Source: Novakomyces olei
Lineage: Eukaryota
Assembly: GCA_016906335.1 (NCBI GenBank)
Contig: JADEYG010000009.1
Coordinates: forward strand, 992,001 to 1,056,000
Reading direction: 5' to 3'
Length of the DNA: 64,000 nt
Shown here: in pieces, positions 25,165 to 36,672 of the stretch
Position numbering within the stretch: position 1 is the first letter of the stretch
Layout: every line of letters begins with the position of its first letter
Program-made: the position numbers and the translations under genes
Notes under the pieces: model-generated
The model's database searches: none
What the model was told of the DNA's origin: nothing
The model's input: the letters and a program-made list of their open reading frames with translations, nothing else

Positions 25165-26124
25165 TTATTCCGATTTAGAGTCAGAGTCAGACTCTGAACT
25201 TGAACTTGAATCTGAATCTGAATCTGAATCTGAATCTGAATCTGAATCTGAATCTGAATCTGAATCTGAATCTGAATCTGAATCTGAATCTGAATCTGAA
25301 TCTGAATCTGAATCTGAATCTGAATCTGAATCTGAATCTGAATCTGAATCTGAATCTGAATCTGAATCTGAACTCGAATCTGAATCTGATTCCTTCTTTG
25401 TTACGGATTCACCTAAAAGCGCTGCCTTTACAAGATCCAATCTCTCTGCAACGGCCTTGTCTACATCCTCCTTTGCCCGTGCTTCTTCCACATTATGTAA
25501 AAGTCTCTCCCGAGCTCCGCCCTGAACACTAGCGGCATAATGAACAACGAGTCCGTCATATTTATTAGAAAATTCAGGGGCAAAAATAAGCTTGAAGAAT
25601 TTTGTCTGCAGCGCTTTGGAAAATCGCCAATTTTCTCGATCATGTTTATACCGTGAAAGGTATTCGACCAGTGCAGTTTCACGGTTTCTTTGCTTTTCGT
25701 CTTCGTCTGTAACTTTGTTTGCTTTGCCTTTTTCATTATTGCCCTCTTGCTTTTTAAATTTGTCCTTCTTTTGATTGCTTTCCTCTTTCCCTAAAGTGTC
25801 TGCTTTGGCTGCTGCGACTGCTGCTTCACGTTTACGCGCCCGCCGCCGCCGTTTCATTTTCCGGTTTTTACGTGAATTTTTACCGGCTCGTTTAGCTTGT
25901 TTTTCATCTGTTTCATCTGTGCTTTTCGCATTGTCTTGTACAGAATCTCTAGGCGCGATTTTGGGTTTTTTATTGCTCGACTTCACATTGTCGTTGCCAA
26001 GTGAAACGGTGCCATTGTCCTTCGGCGCACTGCGTTTTTGAGCAGTACTGTTTTTGGTTTCTACGCTGCCTTTTATGGCTGCTGATGGGCCAGTCTTTAT
26101 GAATTGCTGCCATTTTGGCGGCAT
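25165..26124 (-). CDS. WKF-domain (DUF2373/C7orf50-like) nucleolar protein with Ser-Asp tail
   Basis: Lys-rich N-terminus, then ALVEYLSRY..ENWRFSKALQ..YAASVQGGARERL (WKF domain), and a C-terminal (DS)n tract. Confidence 0.8.
   Translation of the reverse strand: MPPKWQQFIKTGPSAAIKGSVETKNSTAQKRSAPKDNGTVSLGNDNVKSSNKKPKIAPRDSVQDNAKSTDETDEKQAKRAGKNSRKNRKMKRRRRARKREAAVAAAKADTLGKEESNQKKDKFKKQEGNNEKGKANKVTDEDEKQRNRETALVEYLSRYKHDRENWRFSKALQTKFFKLIFAPEFSNKYDGLVVHYAASVQGGARERLLHNVEEARAKEDVDKAVAERLDLVKAALLGESVTKKESDSDSSSDSDSDSDSDSDSDSDSDSDSDSDSDSDSDSDSDSDSDSDSDSDSDSDSDSDSDSSSSSESDSDSKSE
25211..25372. repeat. (TCTGAA)27 coding hexanucleotide repeat
   Basis: Perfect tandem array encoding Asp-Ser on the minus strand. 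Confidence 0.97.
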
Positions 26125-26846
26125 TCGCGATTGCAGCTCAGCAGGAAATGTTTTGTTATTTTGTAATCTTTTATTTTGTCAATATTAATTTTACTAAAAC
26201 TTTTTTCTTATATTTGTGCTCCATTAATTATTATAGTTTATTAATTTATTAACTAGTTTGTTTTTTTCTTCGTATATCACATTGTATAGTTCGTTCATCA
26301 TAATATGTATTGTTGTATGTACAGACAGACTCGACTGAAGTCCAAACTGTATCACACGCAGCTCGAGCTTTTTCCGTAGTATTATAGTTCATTTTGGTTT
26401 GTCAAAATAAGACAATATGTATGATACAACAATGTAGCAAGTCGTTTGTTAGATTGTCATATTGACCAAGCTTGACTTGAGTTTGAGTGTTATTGATTTG
26501 AGCATCTTTTGGCCATAAGAACATAACCGAATATATCTTCTCCATTATGCGCACCTTCGCATAAGCTGTCTATATAACAATGTCTCCTTGTGAGTACCCT
26601 TTCTCCACGTTTATCCCACTATTACTATAGCTAATGTGGGAACGATAAGCTAAATATATCGGATCCCATTACTCACGTATAGTATTCATTATTCATCTGT
26701 AAATTTCATATTAAACATTATTATTTACCAGGCTGGTTTGATCAAGTATGATTATCGGAGTATACACTTTACAGAAATGTTGCATGTTTTATCAATTTAT
26801 AAAAGGACCTGCGAAAACTTTAACCGCCCCATAACCGATCTCGATA

Positions 26847-28261
26847 ATGCACTCCAGCTTAGGTCGCGTAAGCGGACTGCGTCAGAGCAGACTGCATTGG
26901 AACAAGAGTGTGCGTGGTTTGGAAAATTGCAGGAAAATGGCCTCAGTACCAAAGATCAAAGTGGCAAATCCTGTCGTTGAACTGGACGGCGATGAAATGA
27001 CACGAGTCATTTGGAAAGTGATCAAGGACAAGCTCATCTACCCTTATCTCGACATGGATATAAAGTACTACGACTTGGGTATCGAGCACCGTGATGCTAC
27101 GGACGATAAAGTTACAGTACAGGCGGCCGAAGCTATTCTGAAATATGGTAAATTGACTCTTACAAGATTGTCTATTCAAAACTTTATTTTTATTTTCAAA
27201 AACGGCGTATACTAAATAAATTAGACGTGGGAATCAAGTGTGCTACTATTACCCCTGACGAGGCTCGTGTAAAAGAGTTTAATTTGAAGAAAATGTGGCG
27301 ATCGCCTAATGGAACTATCCGCAATATTATTGGCGGCACAGTGTTCCGTGAACCCATTGTTATTCAATCCATCCCGCGTTTCGTGCCCGGCTGGACAAAG
27401 CCTATTACCATTGGCCGTCATGCCTTTGGCGATCAGTACCGGGCAACGGACTTCGTAGTGCAGGAACCTGGCCGGCTGGATCTTGTTTTTACTCCAAAGA
27501 ATGGATCCGAGGCAAAGACATATAACGTGTACGAGTTTCCAGAACATGGAGGCGTAGCCCTGGCCATGTACAATACTGAGGACTCTATTCGAGGCTTTGC
27601 CCGCTCTTCCTTTGAGCATGCATTAAGCAAAGGACTGCCTCTGTACTTGTCTACAAAGAACACGATCCTCAAGGCTTATGATGGCCGTTTCAAGGACATA
27701 TTCGCAGAACTTTATGAAAAGGAGTATCGTGATGCGTATGAGAAGAAGGGGATCTGGTATGAACACCGATTGATTGATGATATGGTTGCTCAAGCTATAA
27801 AGTCCAACGGCGGCTTTGTGTGGGCTTGCAAAAACTATGATGGAGACGTGCAGTCAGACATTGTAGCCCAGGGTTATGGATCTCTAGGTTTAATGACGTC
27901 AGTGTTGGTACATCCTAACGGTCGTACAGTCGAGGCTGAAGCTGCTCATGGAACTGTACAGCGCCATTATCAGCAGTACAAGCAAGGAAAGCCTACCAGT
28001 ACGAATTCGATTGCCTCTATTTTCGCCTGGACCCGTGGATTGGCTCAGCGAGGTCGTCTTGACAAAAACGAGGAGCTGCAAGCTTTCGCTACCGCTGTGG
28101 AAAATGCTTGTGTATCTACGGTGGAAGCTGGAATAATGACAAAGGATCTGATGCTCATCCGCGGTGCCAAGTCAGGCTGGGTCGATACATTTGAGTTTCT
28201 CGATGCTGTTGCTGATCGCGTACGTGATGCAGTCTCGACCGGGCTGAAGAGTAAACTGTAA
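26847..28261 (+). CDS. IDP1: NADP-dependent isocitrate dehydrogenase (2 exons)
   Basis: [18 protein letters not shown], intron ~27148-27224, [39 protein letters not shown]-terminal SKL. Confidence 0.96.
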
Positions 28262-29937
28262 GCCTTGTCCGTTATAGTATATCAAAACGATGAGTATTGA
28301 AAATCACTAATAAATAAATGTAGATAATTTTGGGGCAACAAGTAAAGGCGCAGGCACTAGTAGCGTAAAGCATAGCGGTCTACCTTGGTAGAATTGCTCT
28401 GATTTACATTCAAGAGTTATATTTGTGCTACGTTGAATGCAATAGCCAAGCACAAGCATGGAGAGTTTGTGATGCATCCTCTATGCAAGCAAATGCATAC
28501 GCGTATCAAACCTTAATTTTATTGCAAAATATCAATGTTTGGGCACTTTAGACGAAGCAGTACCACTCAAATGCCAACCAATAATATCTGGAAATTTTGG
28601 TTTTCATGTAAACAAGGTATGAAATAACGACAAGGGATGGGGGCCAGATACGCATTATGGTTTACCGGCAAATAACTGTACTCGGAAAAATAAAATAAAA
28701 AACTGCGGCACCGCACAGGGTATTGATTACCCTTTTTCTAATCCAAGCTTTGCGATAAAGCCCGTGATTCACCTAAATTTGTACCACACCCTGTCCTAAA
28801 AATTAAAAAGATGAGAAGGGTGATAGAGAAGGGCGATAAAGAAGGGCGATAAAGAAGGGTGTTGATTGATTAATCAATCAATCTAACCTTATCGGTAGTT
28901 GAAGTTTATTCTTCCAAAGTATCTGTCCCAAACTAGTCGCGAATCGGATTTTACAACGATACAGTTTGAAGAATAATAAAGTAGTAGTACTCGTACTGTA
29001 AGCATGACACTCGAATAAAGTTAGACTCAAATTACAAAGTATTTTAGACGAAAAGAAAATCGAGCAACTTATAAAGCAAGCTATTCAGGAACAATGTTGC
29101 AATTTTGGGAACCTGACGATAATCGTACCATTCGGCATCACCAAACTTCTAACCGTGCGCTCTCCTAATATACCAACATCGAACCATAATTCAGCCTAGA
29201 AACTTGCTCGTGAGCCGAATATGGCAGCTAAGCTGCAAGAAGGCTTATAAACCCATCAAATGTATTCAGTAAAGTGCCACTGCTCCGCGAGCTTAGACGA
29301 GAAATTATTCTTGACATGTACAAAAGAGTTAATCTTTAGCGCCGGAGAAAAGGGGCGTACATAGCATATTCCCCACAATGATAATAGGCTCCCAAGTTGC
29401 CGGATTAGCGGGTTTCCCGGCACGTTGGTTACTTTGCAGCGGCAGTTGTAATTTTCTACTATTATTATTGAACTGCTCGGCGTATTTATTGTAATGCCTT
29501 TTATTCAATGTCGTAGTTTGCTCTCTCCCATTATACATTCTCCCCTTATTCGTCCCTAAAATTACTTTTCTGCCTACAAAATCTCTGTTTTTATAACAAT
29601 CGCATTACATTTTGTTCACGTTACGAAACTGCGCATCCCCAAATCTACGGCATACAATAAATCACATTCAATTCTCGCTGATACTATAAACGAATATCGC
29701 TTAGTCGCAAATCACCTTCCCACGCTTTAAACAACCCCGCATTTCCCCACATTGCACTTGTCCGGTGCTGAACCGTTGGATTGCCATAGAGCATGTATAT
29801 AATGAGACTAGGGCCGGCCCTGAGCCTGCAGAGGCAAGGCCAATTACGATTTACGTCTTCAATTCCAATTGCTCTCTTAGTCTTCACAACAAAACTCGAC
29901 GGTTTAAGCACAGGCTCCCCTTTTTTTTTGAAGTAAA

Positions 29938-30990
29938 ATGGTTCAAACGGTCCCGCGCGAGCAAAACGCAGTTCTTTTCCGCAAGAACGGAGGCGATCTG
30001 GAGTACACGAAAATCACTGTTCCAGAGCCCAAGGACGATGAAGTTCTTGTAAACATCAAATACTCTGGCGTGTGCCACACTGATCTGCACGCCTGGAAAG
30101 GCGATTGGCCATTGGACAACAAACTTCCTTTGGTGGGCGGCCACGAAGGAGCTGGGGTTGCGGTTAAAGTAGGCAAGAACGTCAATGGTATTCAAGTGGG
30201 CGACTATGTAGGAATCAAGTGGCTCAATGGCTGCTGTGGAGCTTGCGAGTACTGCATGAACTCTTGGGAGCCAAACTGCCCTCACGCTGCACTTTCTGGC
30301 TTTACTGTTGATGGTACTTTCCAGCAGTACGCGATCGGCCAGGGCTCCCAGCTGGCACGTATTCCCAAGAACGTCGACTTGGCCAAGGCAGCGCCTATCC
30401 TGTGCGCCGGTATCACAGTGTACAAGGGCCTGAAGGAGTCTGAAGTTAAGCCCGGCCAGTGGATCTGTATCACCGGTGCCGGAGGCGGACTCGGCCACTT
30501 GGCGGTTCAGTACGCAAAGGCTATGGGAATGCGTGTCATTGCGATTGATGGCGGAGACGATAAGCGCCGTCTAGTACACTCGCTCGGCGCTGAAGCCTTT
30601 ATCGATTTTACCAATACAAAGGACATTGTCAGTGCAGTGCAGCAGGCAACTGATGGTGGACCTCACGGGACACTTGTGCTTGCCACTAGTGTCACTGCGT
30701 ATGAGCAGGCTTGCAAATACGCTCGTCCGCGTGGTGTTGTTGTCACTATCTCTCTACCGGCCAATGCGACTCTCAAGGCAGATATGTTTTGGTTTACGAT
30801 AAAGACGCTGCGTATGAAGGGATCTTATGTCGGCAACCGGGCTGATTCTGAGGAGGCACTCGACTTTTTCGCCCGTGGACTTGTGGACCCGCATATCAAG
30901 ATTCTGCCGTTGAAACAGTTGCCAGAGATTTACAAGGAAATGGAGGAGGGTCGTATTGCGGGCCGTATCGTGCTCGATATGTCTGCTTGA
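29938..30990 (+). CDS. ADH1: Zinc-dependent alcohol dehydrogenase
   Basis: GVCHTDLH, GHEGAG, structural-zinc CGACEYC..C, GAGGGLG, GSYVGNR. 350 aa, single exon. Confidence 0.96.
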   Translation: MVQTVPREQNAVLFRKNGGDLEYTKITVPEPKDDEVLVNIKYSGVCHTDLHAWKGDWPLDNKLPLVGGHEGAGVAVKVGKNVNGIQVGDYVGIKWLNGCCGACEYCMNSWEPNCPHAALSGFTVDGTFQQYAIGQGSQLARIPKNVDLAKAAPILCAGITVYKGLKESEVKPGQWICITGAGGGLGHLAVQYAKAMGMRVIAIDGGDDKRRLVHSLGAEAFIDFTNTKDIVSAVQQATDGGPHGTLVLATSVTAYEQACKYARPRGVVVTISLPANATLKADMFWFTIKTLRMKGSYVGNRADSEEALDFFARGLVDPHIKILPLKQLPEIYKEMEEGRIAGRIVLDMSA

Positions 30991-31532
30991 ACTTTATAAT
31001 GTTGAATATATTTAAGCTTTCATTTTATAGTCTTCATGGAAATGTTGTAACTTGTGTGCAGTGCAAAAGTGATTAGCAAAGTAGTATCTTAAGGTATAAG
31101 CAAGCAGAGGTTGAAGCGTGTATAGTCTACCTCTATAAAGTGATCATTATAAACTGTGGCGTGTGTTTCAAGTGTAATGTTTGCTCAAAGTATGGTGGCG
31201 TTCTGCAAAATGTGGTGCTTCTCATTTGTATGTAAAAGGCGAATTATAAACTTTACCACACTGGAGAAGAATAGTATTAGTACTATGATAAGCATTGCTA
31301 ATTTCAGCAGTTTATTGCCTGAACCGTCGTCTGTTTGGACACTGAAGAACGGAGCATAATTTGAAAAATGTTGCAGTCTACTTACATATGCGTTTAAAGT
31401 AATTTTTAGGTATAAAGCTGTAAGGACAATGTAATTAAGACTGTTTATTTATTATAATATATATATATATATATAATTATATAATTATTATATTATAGTT
31501 AATTATAAAGACTACTTGGCCCTATCAAACGT

Positions 31533-31613
31533 AAAAGTATCAAACATAATATCAAACATAAAGAATCGAACATAAAGTATCAAACATAAAGAATCGAACA
31601 TAAAGTATCAAAC
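31533..31613. repeat. ~14/28-bp tandem repeat (AAAGTATCAAACAT / AAAGAATCGAACAT)
   Basis: Alternating 14-mers upstream of the patatin gene. Confidence 0.8.
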
Positions 31614-31862
31614 GTAGAGTATATAACAGAGAGCGCCCACTAATATCCAAAGTCGGGTCTAACGTCGGTCGGACACAAAGCTGGGAAGTGTCACAGGCGA
31701 CAAGTAAAGAATAATGTATGAATCGCGAGTGTAGGGTGCGTAGAGGTATAATAGTGTAAAGTAAGGATAACGAAACGTCTGCGTAAAACAAGTGCGGCCA
31801 TCGAGTAGGTTTGCCGTCGAACCGTAAATGCGTACGACATCCACGGCAGATGTATCCGCGGC

Positions 31863-34198
31863 ATGGCGCTGCAGACTTTGATAGTGAGCATAAAACTGCG
31901 CTGCTTTTTTCTAACCACGCAGAACGAGACTGTTACACTGCTAGTGACAGTTTTCCTGCACTGGCAAAGAGTAAGGCTGTACAAACGTACCACACTTTCT
32001 GACAGACACAGAGAGTATGTCGCCTGTTTACGAGGCGGTCGCGAGTAGCGGAAGCTCGAGCGCGGCTTGACGAGGCGGACAGCTATGACGAATGGCTCCA
32101 ATGTGCATTTGATTTAGACACTGTTCTGGGCAATGATCTGTGGCGAGCAAATCCAAGATCAAACCGCTACGACCACCGTCTTATTATGGCGCGCTCAGCT
32201 CAGCTGTACGAGCTGAGGCGTACACGTGACCATCGCCAGCTGGCGGATGTGCTGCGCTCCGGTCTTATCCGAAACTTTGGAAACATTGCCGACATTCAAA
32301 TGTACACGCGATCGTACGTGGGGACAAAGCTTTTAGTGGAGACGTACATGAAGCAAATCTGCCAGGGACTCGAGGAGTATCTGCTGCACGCGGACGACGT
32401 CTCTCCTCAGCGGAAGCTCGATTTCTTTCACGATGCGCGGCAAATGTACGGGTCAACTGCTCTTGTTTTACATGGCGGTGCTGCCTTTGGACTCACTCAC
32501 TTGGGCGTTATCCGTGCCCTGTACCTCTCCCACTTGCTGCCCAATATTATCGTCGGCACAAAAGTAGGCGCTATGATTGCGTCATTGGTCTGTGTGCGTA
32601 CTGACGCAGAACTGGCTGGACTGCTTCGACACGGAGCACTAGCGGGACTCTCGGGGGAGGAGGAGGAAGAGGATAGTAGTAGTAGTAGTAGTAGTAGTAG
32701 CGGTAAAAGGGTTAGACATGGACTCTGCAGCCGAGTGAAGGGAGCCCTGTGGTACATCCGCGAGGGCTTTCATAGGCTGCGTGTGTCTGGACACCTGGTA
32801 GACTTGAGGCGACTGTACAAGGTGGTGGAAAGAGACGTGCAAGACTTGACTTTTGAAGAGGCTTTTGCCCGCTCTGGCCGTATTTTAAACATCACTACTT
32901 TCTCCGGCTACACTGGCGCACCTTTGCTTTTAAACTACTTGACTGCTCCAACTGTGGTACGCCGATAGCGTCTACGCTGCTTTTGATTTTCGTTTTGTGG
33001 CTTTTCTTGCCAAGTTTAATTTCCGTCTACTAACAACCAGCTGATTCGGTCTGCTGTAGTCGCAAGCAACGCCGCCACTTACGATCCAACTCTGCTTTCG
33101 TGCCGGTCGAATGACGGCCGGATCATTCCGTGGTTCCCAGACAGTATGATATTGCCTTTTTTTTTTGTTTTGTTTCTGTTTTTGTTTGTTTTTGTTGTTT
33201 CTTTATGGTTTTATTCTATATTTAATTGGATTTATACCTGTTTTATATCAAGATATGTTTACAATATGTTTACAAGATGGCTACAATTTATTTACAATAT
33301 TTTATATTAGTTCTTTCATATTTCTATAACGATTTATTTTTCGCTCTTTTCTTACATCAGCTGCGCTACATGCACAATACCAGGCTCAGCATCCTGTTTT
33401 GCGCAACGGTTCGCCTTACACCCGATTATCAGAATTATTCAACGTAAACAACTTGATTGTTTCACAAGCAATGCCCTGGATTTCGCAGCCATTGACGTCC
33501 AATTTGCATCGTCGAAAGCAACGCCGGCACGGGCTTATAATGGGGCTTCTAAGGCTTTTGGTTTTGGAAATAAGACACAGAATTTCGCTGTTACAACAGC
33601 TCAATCTGCTTCCAGCTGCCTTGAGCCGCGAGCTTGCACCTTACGACATGCTGTTGGCCCCTGCCGCCTCTTATGACTCATCTGCCTGTGAACTTACTGT
33701 GGCCCCGACTCTTGCTTTTAGAGATGCCCTTAAGCTGTTTGTTCAAACTGACGATACAGAGTATTGGATCCGGAAAGGTGAACGATCTATCTGGCCGGGC
33801 CTTGCTCTTATACACGCGCGTTGTGTGATCGAAAGGAAACTAGACTCCCGTAAGATTTTACTGCAAATGCTTTTGCTTTAATTGTGTTTATTTGAGTTTT
33901 AATTTTCATCTAATGTCAAATTTCCACGAAATTACACTACCAGTACTAGTTTGCCTTGCAATTTATACTTTATTCATTTTTTATTTTCACAATCTGACCT
34001 CTAGTCTACAATCTATCACGGTCTCCAATGGATAAAAGCAGGCCGACTGCTGCACGTGCAAATGGCATTGCTCCTACGCCAAGAGCGCGGGTTCTCGCTC
34101 CTAATTCCACGCCGAGTACTGTGCGTCGGCGCCGGTCTCCGTCGCCTACAACAAACGCCCTCAGACGCCGCAGCGGCTCCGAGGCGGCTCTGCTATAG
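31863..34198 (+). CDS. Patatin-domain TGL3/4/5-family lipase-like protein (multi-exon)
   Basis: SYDEW..LDTVLGNDLWR..YDHRLI (DUF3336), YVGTKLLVETY, TALVLHGGAAFGLTHLGV, LTFEEAFARSGRILNIT, LLNYLTAPTV|LIRSA, RLSELFNVNNLIVSQA. Confidence 0.88.
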
Positions 34199-34374
34199 AA
34201 AATAGAATAAGATAAATTAATCTAGTATGGATCTAACTAGACACTATTCGGCAAACATTTGTTTTGTTTCCTGTTTAGACCATTAACGTGTTTTCCGTGT
34301 GGTTTTGCACTTTTTATAAACATTTATGCCAACACAAAATATAGTTGTATTCTTATCCCGTCTCTATCACCTTT

Positions 34375-36200
34375 TTATGTGCAGCCAACGCGTGCTGTCC
34401 CTCGTACACGCGCTTGCGCTGACGTCATTTTGGCGGTACGCGCACCAAACTGGATGGCCCGTTTCTTTTCTAAAGCACTTTTTATTAGCACATATACGAC
34501 ACTGTCAGGGTAAAGACTTACGTTTTAACAAGGCCGAGGTCAGCCGCAATTTCGCGTAACAGTAATTTAGCACCAATCTCACCGACACGCGGATCGCATT
34601 TCGCCTGTGTCGGCAGCTGCAAAAGACAGTGTATTACGCGTTCATCCAGGAACGGGTACCGTAACTCGCGTCCGTGATGTGCCGTAACACGGTCATCCCT
34701 ACCCAAATTACGCGTCCCAATACGCGCTGTGTCTGCTGCAATTTCTTTTGCTAACGCGTCAAACGCGCCCTGTTCCGATTTGGCAGCCATATACGCGCGC
34801 AGGTGCCTCGAGTATCCGCCCAACTGTTCGTCTGCTCCCAAACCGGAAATCAATACACGCGCCTGCGCCGTGTACGCGTCTCGGCGTTGCTCGAGTGGCC
34901 CCTTGATAATTCGCGCGTGAGAATGCTCGCACTCGGCGATAAAGTAAAAGGCGAGGGCTATACTTAAATCCATTTCGGTACACTGCGGCGCCATCAGTCT
35001 TAAAACCGAAGCCCGTTCCGAACAGACTGCGGAGTACGGCACATCTATTTCGACTACGCGCCACTCGCGTTCACTGCATTCCCGTCGAAGCTCTTGAATA
35101 GCACGTGATGCCGTCATACGGTCGGGGCACTGAGAAAACGCGTCTGCGCTTCCATTAGATATACGGGGATTTTCAAACGCCACCGTCAACAGTTCGATCG
35201 GAGTTTGCGTAGGCAATACCATGTCTGCTAGACGCGCAAGCACAGTGGAGTCTAGACCACCGGAAAACATTATCGCCACTGGCACAGCTGTGCCGGCAGT
35301 TTCGCCGTCATCGGAATTGCCGTTGACAGTTTTCTGAATGCATTCGGTGTTAAGAGCACCATTTTCGCCGTTATGTCCGTCCACGGCGTTTACTCCCTCT
35401 TTGGGATTACTATTTACACATTGTGCATCCCTTTCGGCGATAACGCCGTCGTTTACATTACATCTTCCGCCCTTCACATTCCTCTCGGCCACACCGCAGC
35501 AGCGAACGCGAACCGCGTCTATTAGCGTGTCACGCAGGAGCGAACGTGCAGCTGACCACTGTCCCCTATCCGTGTCTGTTACTACACTGCTCGGCTCTTC
35601 CACCGTATCGTCTCCCCAAGGCACGCGTTCCAACACCAGCTGAGGTAAAGTCAAATCTGCAGTGTAAAATCCTTCCACCTCGACGGCATCAGCACCACTA
35701 CTCACGCTGGCAAGGACAAGCGACTCCTGGCCGCTATTGTTATGGAGGCGCATTGTAAGTGACCGACGGCCTAATCGGTCGCGGCCGTAAAAGAGCCGCT
35801 GTTGCCGGGCGTCATAGTATACAAGCGCCCAGGGGCCACGCAACTGCCGAACCACTGTCAGAATGCTGTCATAGTCACGCGCTCCCCTTAGCGACGCGTA
35901 CAAAAGAGACGTGTCGTTATTGCGGGTATCGTTGACTCCCGGAAGACCATCGTATATTTCCCCATTAAAACATAAAACGGACCCATCGCTATGCACGAGG
36001 GGTTGCTGTTGCGTTTGCGTGCCACGCAAATGTAATACCGATGCCGTCGCATGTATTACGCGTCGCGTAGAAGCGACGCGGCTTACCGCATTTCCGGTAC
36101 CATCTGGACCGCGACGCGCTACCGCGTCCAGCAGTTCCGACGTGACTGTAGCATTGAAGTCTATAGGCGGGTCGTGCAAAACAAAGCAGATGCCACACAT
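34375..36200 (-). CDS. Asparagine synthetase domain-containing protein (ASNSD1/YML096W family; 2 exons)
   Basis: MCGIC start, RRGPD, SVLHLRG, FNGEI, RDRLGRRSL, FSGGLDS, GLGADEQLGGYSRH, RNLGRDDR, and last exon KKRAIQFGARTAKM. Confidence 0.92.
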
Positions 36201-36672
36201 ATAGGAAAATTTACGCAAAGTATTACCCACATGATATTCTAATCTATAGGCCTAAAGTAAAGCAAGGCCAGGTATATATTGAAAATGTTGATAATTCCTT
36301 ATTGTGAACAAATCAAACGAAATAGAAAAAATAGTTTAATAAATCTTTATTAATATATTTAATATTTAATATATGAGGAGAGGCGATATATCCTATGAGC
36401 TCTGATTGCCGCCAAAGTTTCCAAACTTTAATGATAGCTAAATTTCATTTTGCTTTGGAATATAAAGTCCTTTCCTCGGTGGTGAGTCCTTGGACAAGGG
36501 CTAACTGATCGATCGATTGGTTTATAAAATATTTGTTATATTAAATTGGTTATTAAATTGGTTATTAAATTGGTTGTTAAATTGTTTATTATATTGGTTT
36601 TAAATTGGTTGTTAAATTGAATATTAAATTGTTTGTTAATCCTTCATTAATTCGTCAATTATATACAAACCT

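Noticed and set aside
25200-25532. Poly-(NL) ORF on the plus strand
   Set aside because: Antisense reading of the (DS)n repeat in the WKF gene.
29884-30498. 204-aa antisense ORF over ADH1
   Set aside because: Typical shadow ORF from codon bias of a highly expressed gene, with no motifs.
31533-31613. Repeat arrays (also 40570, 49218, 61524) as CRISPR-like
   Set aside because: Head-to-tail repeats without unique spacers, no cas genes, eukaryotic context.
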